64,000 bases of DNA from an uncultured delta proteobacterium (lineage in GTDB: Bacteria; Desulfobacterota; Desulfobacteria; Desulfobacterales; UBA2156). The number at the start of each line of letters is the position of its first letter. The stretch's first letter is position 1. A model generated the notes under the pieces. It ran no database searches. It saw nothing but the letters and a program-made list of their open reading frames with translations, and was not told the origin of the DNA. The position numbers and the translations under genes are program-made. Positions 50,276 to 60,691 of this stretch are shown here, in pieces. Location: NCBI GenBank assembly GCA_963736855.1, contig CAVTQK010000009.1, positions 480,001 through 544,000 on the forward strand. Reading direction: 5' to 3'.

Positions 50276-51952
50276 ATGTCTCGCGGAAATTTTCTGCTGG
50301 CATCACTTCTTTGGCTGGTCATCGCCTTTCTTGTGATTTATCCGTTGTCGATTCTCCTTTTGGAAAGCTTCAAGATCTTCGAAGGCAAGAGCTGGGGTGT
50401 CGGCAATTATCTTGAATTTTTCAGTGATACCTATTATCTTAAAACCTTTGGAAATACGCTGTTTCTCAGCGCCCTGGTGCTGGTGACGAGCACCCTTTTC
50501 GGTATTCCCCTTGCCTACATCCTGGCGCGATACCGGCAGCACGGAAAAACGATCTTTACGGCTCTTATTCTTCTGCCCATCGTCCTTCCCGCCTACGCCG
50601 GCATCTTTGCCTTCATTATCTTTTTCGGTAAATACGGAACGGTCAACCTGCTTTTGATGAATGCCGGGCTGATCGAAAAGCCCATCAACTTCATCTACGG
50701 ATTCCATGGCCTGGTGTTCATCCAGGCCCTGCACATGCTCCCGTTTATCGTTTTGAGTCTTTCGGCAGGATTTACCAATATCGATCCGGCCTTCGAAGAG
50801 GCCGCCGAGGTCGAGGGGGCAAGCGGCTTTAAACGATTCATCACCGTTACGCTCCCCTTATGCACCCCGAGCTACCTGGCAGGCGCCGTGATTGTTTTTC
50901 TATGGCCCTTCACCGACTGGCTGACCCCGCTGATTTTGGGGCAGGTGGACTTTCTCCCTTCTGTCGCATACATCAACATCGCCTATCACTTCACGGACAT
51001 GCATCGCAAATACATGGGGATCGTGGCGGTGGTCGTCTCTTCCATCGTCTGCATCGTCCTCTTCCTGATCGCCCGCTGGTGGGTCGAAAGAAAAAAATAC
51101 ACCGGACTTTCCAAAGGGACCACTTCCGAGGGCAGGGTCATTGAGCCTGGTCTTTTGATTAAATCCGGTTCTTATCTATACATGATCTTCATCGCCGCCC
51201 TGGTCCTCTTGATACCGATCGTTTTGGGGTTGTCCGCCTTTTCGAGGCGCTGGGTCTTCGAGCCGTTTCCGACTTATTGGACCCTGGAAAATTTCAGGGT
51301 CATTCTGCTGGAAACGCCGCTGTTAATCCGGAACTCTTTTGTCTTCAGCATCATCGCGCTGATTTTCGGGGTCCTTTTCGGTCTTCCGGCGGCCTATCTC
51401 ATCGTCCGAACCCGGGTCCCGGGAAAAAACGCCCTCGACTTTATGATCACCCTCATGCTGGCTTTCCCGGGCATGGCCGTCGGCGTGAGTTATCTGCTGG
51501 CCTTCTGGGAGGGGATCCCCCTGGCCACCCATTGGATCATCATGCCCCTGGCGCTCTTTTCCCGCCGCCTTCCTTACTTCCTTCGCATGGCGCATTCCTC
51601 CTACCTTCAGTTGGATGTTTCCCTCGAGGAAGCCTCCGAAGTCTCCGGGGTGGGCAAATTCAGGACCTTTATAAGCATCTCTTTACCGCTGCTCCTCAAG
51701 GGGGTCCTGGTGGGTGTGGTGATGTTTTTCATCATGGCCTTCCAGGAAATCTCCACTGCCATTTTTCTGTACCGGGGAGGATGGGAAACGCTTCCCATCG
51801 GGATTTTTTTGAACTGGCACCGTGGAATGGAATTCGGGATCGCCGCAGCCATGGCGTTTATAATGATCGTCATCACCTTTATCCTGCTTCTCATTATAGC
51901 CAGAATCGGGGGGGGGATGCTCAAGGCAGCCTGGGGTCCGGGAGGAAGTTGA
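50276..51952 (+). CDS. ABC transporter permease (FbpB-like, duplicated domain)
   Basis: FEEAAEVEGA and LEEASEVSG EAA loops; many TM segments. Confidence 0.9.
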   Translation: MSRGNFLLASLLWLVIAFLVIYPLSILLLESFKIFEGKSWGVGNYLEFFSDTYYLKTFGNTLFLSALVLVTSTLFGIPLAYILARYRQHGKTIFTALILLPIVLPAYAGIFAFIIFFGKYGTVNLLLMNAGLIEKPINFIYGFHGLVFIQALHMLPFIVLSLSAGFTNIDPAFEEAAEVEGASGFKRFITVTLPLCTPSYLAGAVIVFLWPFTDWLTPLILGQVDFLPSVAYINIAYHFTDMHRKYMGIVAVVVSSIVCIVLFLIARWWVERKKYTGLSKGTTSEGRVIEPGLLIKSGSYLYMIFIAALVLLIPIVLGLSAFSRRWVFEPFPTYWTLENFRVILLETPLLIRNSFVFSIIALIFGVLFGLPAAYLIVRTRVPGKNALDFMITLMLAFPGMAVGVSYLLAFWEGIPLATHWIIMPLALFSRRLPYFLRMAHSSYLQLDVSLEEASEVSGVGKFRTFISISLPLLLKGVLVGVVMFFIMAFQEISTAIFLYRGGWETLPIGIFLNWHRGMEFGIAAAMAFIMIVITFILLLIIARIGGGMLKAAWGPGGS

Positions 51953-52023
51953 TCTTCTCAAAACTGATCCGCGCAAACAGAGGTTCGGTTCCCCAATCCC
52001 TTTTTTAAAGGAGAATCGGTTCC

Positions 52024-53106
52024 ATGGCTTTTATAGAAATTAAAAACCTTTTCAAACGTTACAAATCCGTTGTGGCGGTGAACCGTATTTGTCTCGAAGT
52101 GAAACAGGGGGAACTGCTGACGCTATTAGGGCCCAGCGGGTGCGGCAAGACGACCATCCTTCGATGCATCGCCGGCCTGGAGAGACCGGAGGAGGGAGAC
52201 ATTATCATCGATGGGAACTCCGTGCTGTTGAACGGATTTGTCCCCCCCTCCAAACGGGGAATCGGCATGGTGTTTCAAAACTATGCGGTCTGGCCCCACA
52301 TGAAAGTGTTCCAAAACGTCAGCTACGGGCTCAAGCTCCAAAAGATTTCTAAAAAGAACATTCTGGAACGAGCGCTAGCGGTGTTGGAACTGGTTGGACT
52401 TTCCGGTCTGGAAAACCGCTACCCCGGACAATTAAGCGGCGGCCAGCAGCAGAGAGTGGCGCTTGCCCGAGCGCTGGTGAGAAATCCCAAGGTGCTTCTT
52501 CTGGATGAACCGTTGAGTAATCTGGATGCCAAATTGAGGGAAAAAATGCGCTTTGAAATCAAAAGCCTGGTGCGGCGGATGGGTATCACAACTGTTTATG
52601 TCACCCATGATCAGGCCGAAGCCATGGTGATCTCCGACCGCATTGCGGTCATTGAATCGGGAAAGATCGTTCAGATCGGTGCGCCGCTTCAAATCTATGA
52701 AACTCCTGCCAACCGCTTTGTCGCCGATTTCATCGGTACGACCAACTTCATATCCGGGGAGATCATCGGGTCGCCCCGGGATCCGGATTCGATTTATCTG
52801 AAAACCGGCTTTTCCGATCAAATGCGCTGCCGGACAAGCACTTCAATCGACACCTCGCCAGGAAGTAAGGTCCATGCCTCCATTCGTCCTGAAGATGTGC
52901 AGGTCTTTTCGGAGTCCCCGGAAATTTCAGAAAATCTTTTCAAAGGCTCCATCGCCCACATGGCTTATCTGGGTAATTTCATGGTTCTCTTCGTCGATTT
53001 GGACGGCACAGAGATTCGGGTTCAGGTATCCCATCACCTCCCGCAGAAGGAAGGAGACACGGTTTTTCTTTACCTGAATCCTGAAAAATGCGTGATCCTG
53101 CCCTGA
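52024..53106 (+). CDS. ABC transporter ATP-binding protein
   Basis: GPSGCGKT, LSGGQQQR, LLDEPLSNLD. Confidence 0.95.
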   Translation: MAFIEIKNLFKRYKSVVAVNRICLEVKQGELLTLLGPSGCGKTTILRCIAGLERPEEGDIIIDGNSVLLNGFVPPSKRGIGMVFQNYAVWPHMKVFQNVSYGLKLQKISKKNILERALAVLELVGLSGLENRYPGQLSGGQQQRVALARALVRNPKVLLLDEPLSNLDAKLREKMRFEIKSLVRRMGITTVYVTHDQAEAMVISDRIAVIESGKIVQIGAPLQIYETPANRFVADFIGTTNFISGEIIGSPRDPDSIYLKTGFSDQMRCRTSTSIDTSPGSKVHASIRPEDVQVFSESPEISENLFKGSIAHMAYLGNFMVLFVDLDGTEIRVQVSHHLPQKEGDTVFLYLNPEKCVILP

Positions 53107-53244
53107 TGAGTTCGCCTTTGCAGTAATCGTAAATTGCCGTTCTTTTTTGGATTCGAGTTATACCTTGATTATTTGAGGATTTTTGCTAAAAGATTGTTCG
53201 GTCGGCAATAATGGCATTTACCGGATAAAAGCCCGTTACAAACA

Positions 53245-53691
53245 ATGTATCGCTCAGGAAAAAAATTCATGGAACGCCTTCCCGCAGGGAAGGACATCCT
53301 CAAAAATATCGAGGAGATTTGTGTAAAGCATACCGTTCAGATGGCGGTCTTTTGCATCATCGGAGCGGTTCGTTCGGCAACACTGGGCGTTTTCGATCAG
53401 AAGCAGCAGGTTTACGTCACCCGAAAAGAAGAAAGTCCTTTTGAAATTATCAGCTGCTTGGGGAACATCTCCATACAAGACGGAAACCCGGTTGCCCATG
53501 CCAAGATCATGCTGGCGGATGAAAAGAACCGGGTATTGGGCGGACACCTTTTTTCTGATACGCTTTTATTTTACGGGGAACTGTATCTTGAGGAAATCGA
53601 GGGGTTCCCCTTAGAAAGACAATACGACGAATCCAGCGGCCTTTTCCTGTGGCCGTTCAACAAACTTGATACATCGTTTCGCTCTACCTGA
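53245..53691 (+). CDS. PPC domain (DUF296) protein
   Basis: IGAV..ATLG, FEIISCLGNIS, HAKIMLAD, GGHL. Confidence 0.82.
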   Translation: MYRSGKKFMERLPAGKDILKNIEEICVKHTVQMAVFCIIGAVRSATLGVFDQKQQVYVTRKEESPFEIISCLGNISIQDGNPVAHAKIMLADEKNRVLGGHLFSDTLLFYGELYLEEIEGFPLERQYDESSGLFLWPFNKLDTSFRST

Positions 53692-53704
53692 CAAAGGAGG
53701 CACC

Positions 53705-54772
53705 ATGCAGCTCATCATCAACAAGACAAAACAACCGAAAACCCATCCGGATGAATCAAAGCTGGGGTTCGGAATCCATTTCACGGACCATATGTTCGTG
53801 ATGGACTACCATCCGGATAAAGGGTGGCATACACCCCGCATCGAACCCTACGGCCCCCTCGCCATGGATCCGGCAACGATGGTGCTGCATTACGGTCAGG
53901 GTATTTTCGAAGGACTCAAAGCCTATCGGACGGACTCCGGAAAGATCCATCTGTTCCGGCCCGGGGAAAATTTCAGACGACTCAATCGTTCGGCACAATT
54001 GCTGTGCATCCCCCTCATCGACGAAGCGTTCGCCTTAAACGCCCTCAAAGAACTCCTGATATTGGAGAAGGATTGGGTACCCAATAAACCGGAAACCTCC
54101 CTTTACATCCGACCCACGATCTATGCCTCGGATCCGTTTTTAGGCGTCCGGGCATCCCACACCTACCGATTTTTTATCATCTTATCTCCGGTAGGCGCCT
54201 ATTATGCCGAAGGATTTAATCCGGTGAAAATTTGGGTCACCGAAGACCATGTGCGTGCCGTCCCCGGGGGTGTCGGTGAGGCCAAGACCATCGGAAACTA
54301 TGCGGCCAGCCTCCTTGCCGGCCATGAAGCTCATCAAGCGGGATATACACAGGTACTGTGGCTCGACGGCATCGAACGAAAATATATCGAAGAGGTGGGC
54401 GCTATGAACATCTTCTTCGTCATTGACGGAAAAGTCGTCACCCCCGCACTTTCCGGAACCATCCTCCCCGGAATTACCCGAGATTCTGTGATTCGTCTGG
54501 CCAAGATGTGGAACGTGCCCGTCGAGGAACGAAAAATCTCCATCGACGAAATCCTTGCAAGCCATGCTTCCGGGGGCCTTGCGGAAATCTTTGGATCCGG
54601 TACGGCGGCGGTCATCTCTCCGGTAGGAGAAATCCGGTACGGTAAAACGGTCATCACCGTCGGTGAAGGCAAAGTCGGCCCTGTGGCCCGTCGACTTTAT
54701 AAGGCATTGACTGATATCCAATACGGACGGGAAGAAGGTCCCAAAGGATGGATCGAACCGGTCATCGGATAA
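53705..54772 (+). CDS. ilvE: Branched-chain amino acid aminotransferase
   Basis: FTDHM, LHYGQGIFEGLKAY, LYIRP, AKTIGNYA, EEVGAMN, ILPGITR, GTAAVISP. Confidence 0.95.
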   Translation: MQLIINKTKQPKTHPDESKLGFGIHFTDHMFVMDYHPDKGWHTPRIEPYGPLAMDPATMVLHYGQGIFEGLKAYRTDSGKIHLFRPGENFRRLNRSAQLLCIPLIDEAFALNALKELLILEKDWVPNKPETSLYIRPTIYASDPFLGVRASHTYRFFIILSPVGAYYAEGFNPVKIWVTEDHVRAVPGGVGEAKTIGNYAASLLAGHEAHQAGYTQVLWLDGIERKYIEEVGAMNIFFVIDGKVVTPALSGTILPGITRDSVIRLAKMWNVPVEERKISIDEILASHASGGLAEIFGSGTAAVISPVGEIRYGKTVITVGEGKVGPVARRLYKALTDIQYGREEGPKGWIEPVIG

Positions 54773-54787
54773 AAGGAACTCCGTAGC

Positions 54788-56185
54788 ATGGCAAGCCCCG
54801 ACGCCCGCCTGTTGTATCTACCGGTTCTGGCTGAAAAGATGCGGGCCGAAGGACTTCCACAGATCGCCATCAATACGTTTTCCCAGTATTACAAACAGGT
54901 AGTCTCCGGTGAAACCGGACTGATCTGCGACACCGAGATACGACCAGTCCACCCGCCCGAAATCAAGGACGCTAAAAACCTCTCCGCTTTTGCCGCATCC
55001 GGAAAAAAGGCTTTTCCCAAGGCAGTTCGAATCGTCTTAAATGGCGGACTGGGGACCAGCATGGGGCTTTCCACCACCAAGTCCCTGCTCTGGGTTAAAA
55101 ACGGCATGTCCTTTCTCGAGATCATTTTTAAACAGGCCGAACAGCAAAACGTCCTCTTGGCCATGATGAACTCCTTCAGCACCGATCGGCAAACCCGGGA
55201 GGCGATCTCGGCGATGCGTACTGCTGTTCGTCCGCTGATTTTTCTCCAGCACCAATTCCCGAAAATCCTTAAAGAAACCCTGGGGCCGGTATCATGGCCG
55301 AAAAATTCGGCCCTGGAATGGAATCCCCCTGGACACGGAGATGTCTATACGGCCCTTTGGGCTTCGGGATCCCTCGATCAACTGTTAAAAAACGGTATCG
55401 AATATGCCTTTATCTCGAATTCAGACAACCTAGGAGCTGTTCTTGATGCATCGCTGCTTGGATATTTCGCGGAAAACGGCTTCCCTTTCATGATGGAGGT
55501 AGCAGAAAGAACGCCTTCGGATATCAAAGGGGGGCATCTTGCCATTCGAAAAAAAGATGGTCAATTCATCCTCAGGGAGGCAGCACAGTGCCCTGAAGAA
55601 GAGTTGACGGCCTTCCAGGACATACAATATTATCGTTATTTCAATACGAACAACATTTGGGTGAACCTTCCATTTTTAAATATATTTCTGCAACAGGCAG
55701 CGGTCTTATCCCTTCCGCTTATCTTGAACGAAAAGACGCTCGATCCCCGGGATGAGACCAGCCCAAAAGTCTTTCAGATTGAAAGCGCCATGGGGGCAGC
55801 GGTTTCTATCTTTAAGGGGGCATCTGCCGTTTTGGTGCAAAAATCCCGTATGGTTCCAGTGAAAAAATGCGGCGATCTTCTCCTTATCCGATCCGATCGT
55901 TACCTCCTTACGGAAGATGCCCGGATTGTGTCCAATCCCGACTGTAAAACGGATAGGATTACGATCGCTCTGGACCCACGATATTACGGAAAAATCGATG
56001 ATTTTGAGTCCCGCTTTAAAATCGGGATCCCTTCCTTATTAGAATGCGAATCCCTCACGATCCGGGGGGATGTGCGATTTGAAGAGAATGTTAAAATTGC
56101 TGGTAGCGTGGTGATTGAAAATCGGAAATCCGTGCAAGCCACCGTAAAAACCGGTTCAGTGGTGAGCCACGATCTGTTTTTTTAA
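54788..56185 (+). CDS. UTP--glucose-1-phosphate uridylyltransferase, eukaryote-type (UDPGP family)
   Basis: LNGGLGTSMG, MNSFST, EWNPPGHGD, SNSDNLGA, KGGHL, FNTNNIW, ESAMGAA. Confidence 0.9.
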   Translation: MASPDARLLYLPVLAEKMRAEGLPQIAINTFSQYYKQVVSGETGLICDTEIRPVHPPEIKDAKNLSAFAASGKKAFPKAVRIVLNGGLGTSMGLSTTKSLLWVKNGMSFLEIIFKQAEQQNVLLAMMNSFSTDRQTREAISAMRTAVRPLIFLQHQFPKILKETLGPVSWPKNSALEWNPPGHGDVYTALWASGSLDQLLKNGIEYAFISNSDNLGAVLDASLLGYFAENGFPFMMEVAERTPSDIKGGHLAIRKKDGQFILREAAQCPEEELTAFQDIQYYRYFNTNNIWVNLPFLNIFLQQAAVLSLPLILNEKTLDPRDETSPKVFQIESAMGAAVSIFKGASAVLVQKSRMVPVKKCGDLLLIRSDRYLLTEDARIVSNPDCKTDRITIALDPRYYGKIDDFESRFKIGIPSLLECESLTIRGDVRFEENVKIAGSVVIENRKSVQATVKTGSVVSHDLFF

Positions 56186-56202
56186 AATCCGCATCTATTC
56201 TT

Positions 56203-56790
56203 CTATCCTTCCCGATATCGTCTGTAATAATACATAACCTTTTCCACATAGGTTTCGGTTTCCTGAAACGGCGGGATGCCGCGATGCCGGTCCACCATCT
56301 CAGCCCCGGCGTTATAAGCCGCAAGAGCCATCATGATGTTTCCTTCGAAACGATCGAGCAGGGACCTGAACAACTGGGTTCCGGCCAGTATGTTTTCCTT
56401 TGGATTGAAGGGATTCTTGAGCTCGAGTCTGCGGCAGTTTTCCGGCATGATCTGCATAAGCCCTTGGGCGCCTTTCCGGGATACCGCCCAGGGATTAAAA
56501 TCCGACTCCACTTTAATGATGGCTTTAACCAACTCCAATTCAACACCATGTTTTTCAGAAGCCTCCCGGATGTACGCATCATAGACAACTACATCCGATT
56601 TTTGAGTATCCGCCCCCCTTTCCCGGATATAAACCGTATACCCGGGTTTAGTGGGCACATTTGTAAAGTGAATCACCCCGTTTTCATCGACAGAGCGGTA
56701 AATGTCGGCCCAAACAGGGGATATGGCGATTCCACCTAAAAAAAGCGAAACCGACCCTAAAAGAATCAGTTTACCTGTTCTTCGATCCAT
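56203..56790 (-). CDS. Soluble lytic transglycosylase (SLT) domain protein
   Basis: IKVESDFNP, GAQGLMQIMP, ALAAYNAG, ETETYV. Confidence 0.92.
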   Translation of the reverse strand: MDRRTGKLILLGSVSLFLGGIAISPVWADIYRSVDENGVIHFTNVPTKPGYTVYIRERGADTQKSDVVVYDAYIREASEKHGVELELVKAIIKVESDFNPWAVSRKGAQGLMQIMPENCRRLELKNPFNPKENILAGTQLFRSLLDRFEGNIMMALAAYNAGAEMVDRHRGIPPFQETETYVEKVMYYYRRYREG

Positions 56791-57080
56791 TGCAAAAACG
56801 GCGGATACCCTTCAGTAATTGCAAAACTGATGATACAGGGACACTCATAGCTATGCATGTTTTTCACCTTTTCGATCAATTGCTGAACCTTCTTTTGTGT
56901 CGTTTTGGCGATCAGCACCGTCTCCCTGTCGTTTTGTAGTCTGTTTTCCCAATAATAAATCGAATGCATGTTTTCGATGATGTTCACACACGCCGCAAGC
57001 CTTGACTCCACCAACGCTTTGCCTATGGCTTGTGCCTCCTCGGGATTTCCCACTGTAATATATACCCATCTCAATTCCAT
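56766..57080 (-). CDS. cutA: Divalent-cation tolerance protein CutA
   Basis: RLAACVNI, SIYYWE, HSYECPCI. Confidence 0.92.
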   Translation of the reverse strand: MELRWVYITVGNPEEAQAIGKALVESRLAACVNIIENMHSIYYWENRLQNDRETVLIAKTTQKKVQQLIEKVKNMHSYECPCIISFAITEGYPPFLQWIEEQVN

Positions 57081-57091
57081 TCACAGGCTCC

Positions 57092-60000
57092 TTACTGAAA
57101 CAACGGCATTTGTATATGCCCGCGCTTTGATTTTATCTTTTTCTTTTGCACCTCATATTGTATCAGATTTTTATGAATATCCAATATAAACGGGGAAAGC
57201 TGTCGTTTGCGGGCCTGACCGAAAAGGGTGCGCTTTTGGGCCCATGTGAGAAAAAGTCCTTCCTTGGCACGGGTGACACCCACATAAAATAACCGTCTTT
57301 CTTCTTCCATGTCACCTGCTTCTGTCTTGGAGCGTTCATGGGGAATCAGATCGTCTTCGCAGCCGGCGATAAAAACAATGGGAAATTCCAGCCCCTTGGC
57401 TGCGTGCAGGGTTAGTAAAGACACCCGCTGGGCGCGTTCATTAAAGATATCTGTATCCCCTGAAAGAGCAACCGCATCCAAAAAACGATCGACATCCGTC
57501 ACATGCTCTTGGGCAAGCCCCAGAAGTTTTCCGTAAGACTCGTCGATATTTTTTCCCGATTCTCTTTTCCATGTGTGTCCATACGCATCGAAAAGAAAAG
57601 TGATTTGTTGGGATACGGTTAAACCTGAAATGTTCTGCCGAATCTCTTGAATTTTCCGATATCCGCTCAAAAAAGGTTCTCTCGGCGTTAAAGGGTTGTC
57701 ATTCAATGATCCTTGCTGAAGTCTATCCAGAGCCTGTTGAACTGAAAAACCATTTTTCAAACACCAGGTTTTGAACCGCAAAAGATCCTTTTTTCCGATT
57801 CGGACACCTGCGAATGAAAACGCCCGATTAAGATCCCCGAAGGTGGCCTGCTTATAGGCCAACTTCAAAAGAGAGCAGATGCCGACAACCGGTTTGGTAA
57901 AAAATGCCTTTTTTCTAACAAACTGATACGGAATGCCGACATTATCTAATGCTTCGGCAATGCGGACTCCCTGTTGTTTTATTCGAAACAGTACAGCAAC
58001 ATCCGAAAAGCCCCGAAGGGCTTCTTCACCTGTCTTGACGGTTTTCCCGGAATCGACGAAAAAGAATCCGGTTCCTCCTACCATCGCTTCAATCGATCTT
58101 GCAATCCCCTCAGCTTCCTGCTTTTCATTCGGATATTCGCTCAGTTCAATCTTCGTCGTTTTTCCCGCTTTAGTAAAACCTTGATCTCTGCGCGGAGTGG
58201 TTGAGCTTTTATAGATGATCTGTTTCGATGCATCCAAGACGGTTTGTGTGCAACGATAATTGGCAACAAGCCGAATCTGTTTTGCTCCGGGATAATCTAA
58301 AACAAATCGATTGAAAAATCTGACATCCGAGCCTCTGAAACCATAGATGGCTTGATTCGGATCTCCAATGGCAAAAAGATCCCTGGAGAAATCCGTCTTC
58401 GGATACAGCATCCGGATCAGACGATATTGGGCATAATTGATGTCCTGGTATTCATCGATGAAAAGATGTGCATATCGTTGTTGATAAAAATGCAAGGTTT
58501 TTTCATCGTTTTCAAAAAGCGACACCACCTTTGAGATCAGATCCTCGTAATCCAAGAGTCGTTGAACTTTAAGGAGCTCTTCATAGGTCCGATAAATAGT
58601 CATGACCGTAAGGGGTTTTCCGTTCGCCTCTGGGTCACAAATCCGATCTTTTGGCAACGTTAATTGCTGTTTTGCCGAAACGATCCGATTCAAAACAGCG
58701 TCAGCGTTGATCCTTCCGATCTTTTCGATAGCCATGCTCATCCGGATGGCATCGGAGACCAGAAGACGGCGGTCGATTTCGTCGATCACCGTTACGGGCT
58801 TGCTCTTTCCGCTGGCCGTTTCTTTAAGTACATCCAGGCAGAAAGCATGAAAAGTCGCTACAAGGGGAGGAGCTGCGCCATTTAGAGAACGTAGGAGCCT
58901 TTCTTTCATCTCAAGCGCCGCTTTATGGGTGAATGTAATGGCCAAAATATTGGCTGCAGGAACCCCATCCGTTTGGATCCGATGAAAGATCCTTTGGGTG
59001 AGTGTATGTGTTTTCCCAGTACCCGGACCCGCAATGACGAGAACCGGCCCGACTGGGCATTGAACCGCCTGCCGTTGATCGTCGTTCAATCCCTCCGGCT
59101 TTTTAGGTGTTAGCTTGTTTTCTTTAATTCGACCCTTTTCCTTGAAAAACAGGTTCAGGGGTTCACTAATCTTTTTTGCCTTGTATTCCTCCTTGTTTGG
59201 TGTCGATTTCTCGGGTTCACTTAAGGCAAACAAGGACCTTTGACCTAAAAGCTTTCGACGCTCATGGTCGGTGAAAATTCGAATCGTTCCGAATTCACCA
59301 TCATATCCTGGCCGAATGAAAATCTCATTGTTTCTGACCCGTCTCAATGCCTCTTTAAAAAGCGGCATGTCGACACCTTCCAACGAGTTCAGGGGAACCT
59401 CATGAAGAATGGTCAACTCTGGACCGTATGTTTTGATCATTTTGTCTTGGGCTGCCGTAACCTTTTTCGAAGCAGGGCCGACTTCGAGTACTTCGGACAA
59501 TATTTCAGAAAGGGGCAAAAGCCTATAAAACGGAATCGCATCATCCGGCCTTTTTCCTTCACCCTGGTCGGCCAGTTCAGAGATTCGATGAAGCACCCCT
59601 AACGTCAGCGGCTTGCCGCATTTAGGGCATAGCCCCTGATGTTTTCGGGTTTCCTCCGGTTTGAGGCGGATTCCACATTTACGATGGCCGTCCAGATGAT
59701 ATTTCCCTTCCTCCGGGAAAAATTCAAAGGTACCTTTGAAAAGACTCCCCTTTTTATCCATAAGGGCAGACCGGATTCCGGAAAATGACAGTTCGGTATC
59801 GAACAGGTTGGCTTCCCGTGCAATTTTCTCCAGTGAATGGGCATCTGAGTTGGAAACCAGATTTAAACCCTTTAGGTTAGAAACACGCCAATTCATCTCC
59901 GGATCTGAAGAAAGACCGGTCTCAAGGGCAAATATATGGGGCGTAAGGTCCTCAAAACATTCTTCAAGGGCATCAAAACCCGACTTGGATCCGAAAATGG

Positions 60001-60511
60001 AAAACCAAGGGGTCCATATGTGGGCTGGTATCAGGAATGCCGTTTCCGAAGTCTCGAGAACGATCTCTAAAAGATCTCTGGCATCCAACCCTATGATCGG
60101 TCTTCCGTCAGACCGGACATTTCCGATCTTTTCCATCCTTTGGTTGAACCTTTCGGCACTTTGCACATCAGGTAAAAAAACTATATTGTGGTTTTTTCGA
60201 ACCTTTCCGTTTTTCTTATAAATATTGCTGATCTCACAGGATAAAATAAATTGAAGGCCATTTTGGCAAGCCGGTGGAACTTGTTGATCTGTCTGCCTTA
60301 AAATGGAGTCTTTGAGTTTAAAAAGTCCATTTTCTAAAGGATTACATTTTTCTTGGATCTCTGAAAACCAGGCAGGATGAGTAAAATCTCCTGTGGCGAT
60401 TACAGAGATCCCTTTTTTTTGAGCAGCAATATGAATATTTTCAAGATCGAGATTCTTTGCTGTTGCCCTGGAATATTTGGAGTGGATATGGAGATCCGCG
60501 ATAACTTTCAT
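57092..60511 (-). CDS. EndoQ-like PHP nuclease fused to a UvrD/PcrA helicase
   Basis: ADLHIHSKYS, PAHIWTPWFS, NSDAHS, GKYHLDGHRKC..CPKC, then AGPGTGKT, DEYQD, GDPNQAIYGFRG, LHAAKGLEF, EERRLFYVGVTRA. Confidence 0.9.
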   Translation of the reverse strand: MKVIADLHIHSKYSRATAKNLDLENIHIAAQKKGISVIATGDFTHPAWFSEIQEKCNPLENGLFKLKDSILRQTDQQVPPACQNGLQFILSCEISNIYKKNGKVRKNHNIVFLPDVQSAERFNQRMEKIGNVRSDGRPIIGLDARDLLEIVLETSETAFLIPAHIWTPWFSIFGSKSGFDALEECFEDLTPHIFALETGLSSDPEMNWRVSNLKGLNLVSNSDAHSLEKIAREANLFDTELSFSGIRSALMDKKGSLFKGTFEFFPEEGKYHLDGHRKCGIRLKPEETRKHQGLCPKCGKPLTLGVLHRISELADQGEGKRPDDAIPFYRLLPLSEILSEVLEVGPASKKVTAAQDKMIKTYGPELTILHEVPLNSLEGVDMPLFKEALRRVRNNEIFIRPGYDGEFGTIRIFTDHERRKLLGQRSLFALSEPEKSTPNKEEYKAKKISEPLNLFFKEKGRIKENKLTPKKPEGLNDDQRQAVQCPVGPVLVIAGPGTGKTHTLTQRIFHRIQTDGVPAANILAITFTHKAALEMKERLLRSLNGAAPPLVATFHAFCLDVLKETASGKSKPVTVIDEIDRRLLVSDAIRMSMAIEKIGRINADAVLNRIVSAKQQLTLPKDRICDPEANGKPLTVMTIYRTYEELLKVQRLLDYEDLISKVVSLFENDEKTLHFYQQRYAHLFIDEYQDINYAQYRLIRMLYPKTDFSRDLFAIGDPNQAIYGFRGSDVRFFNRFVLDYPGAKQIRLVANYRCTQTVLDASKQIIYKSSTTPRRDQGFTKAGKTTKIELSEYPNEKQEAEGIARSIEAMVGGTGFFFVDSGKTVKTGEEALRGFSDVAVLFRIKQQGVRIAEALDNVGIPYQFVRKKAFFTKPVVGICSLLKLAYKQATFGDLNRAFSFAGVRIGKKDLLRFKTWCLKNGFSVQQALDRLQQGSLNDNPLTPREPFLSGYRKIQEIRQNISGLTVSQQITFLFDAYGHTWKRESGKNIDESYGKLLGLAQEHVTDVDRFLDAVALSGDTDIFNERAQRVSLLTLHAAKGLEFPIVFIAGCEDDLIPHERSKTEAGDMEEERRLFYVGVTRAKEGLFLTWAQKRTLFGQARKRQLSPFILDIHKNLIQYEVQKKKIKSKRGHIQMPLFQ

Positions 60512-60691
60512 CTTCGTTCGTTTACATGAAATCGATCTTTTTTTCTAAGATTTTTTTGCCCTGGCCAAAAGACCGTAAAAATATGAGAGATCCTTTCAAG
60601 CAAAGGTGGTTCTTCGTTCAGGCTAAAAGAAATGAAAAACCCCTTGATATCTTTTCTATTTCGGTATATATGCTATCATCATTTTAAACAA

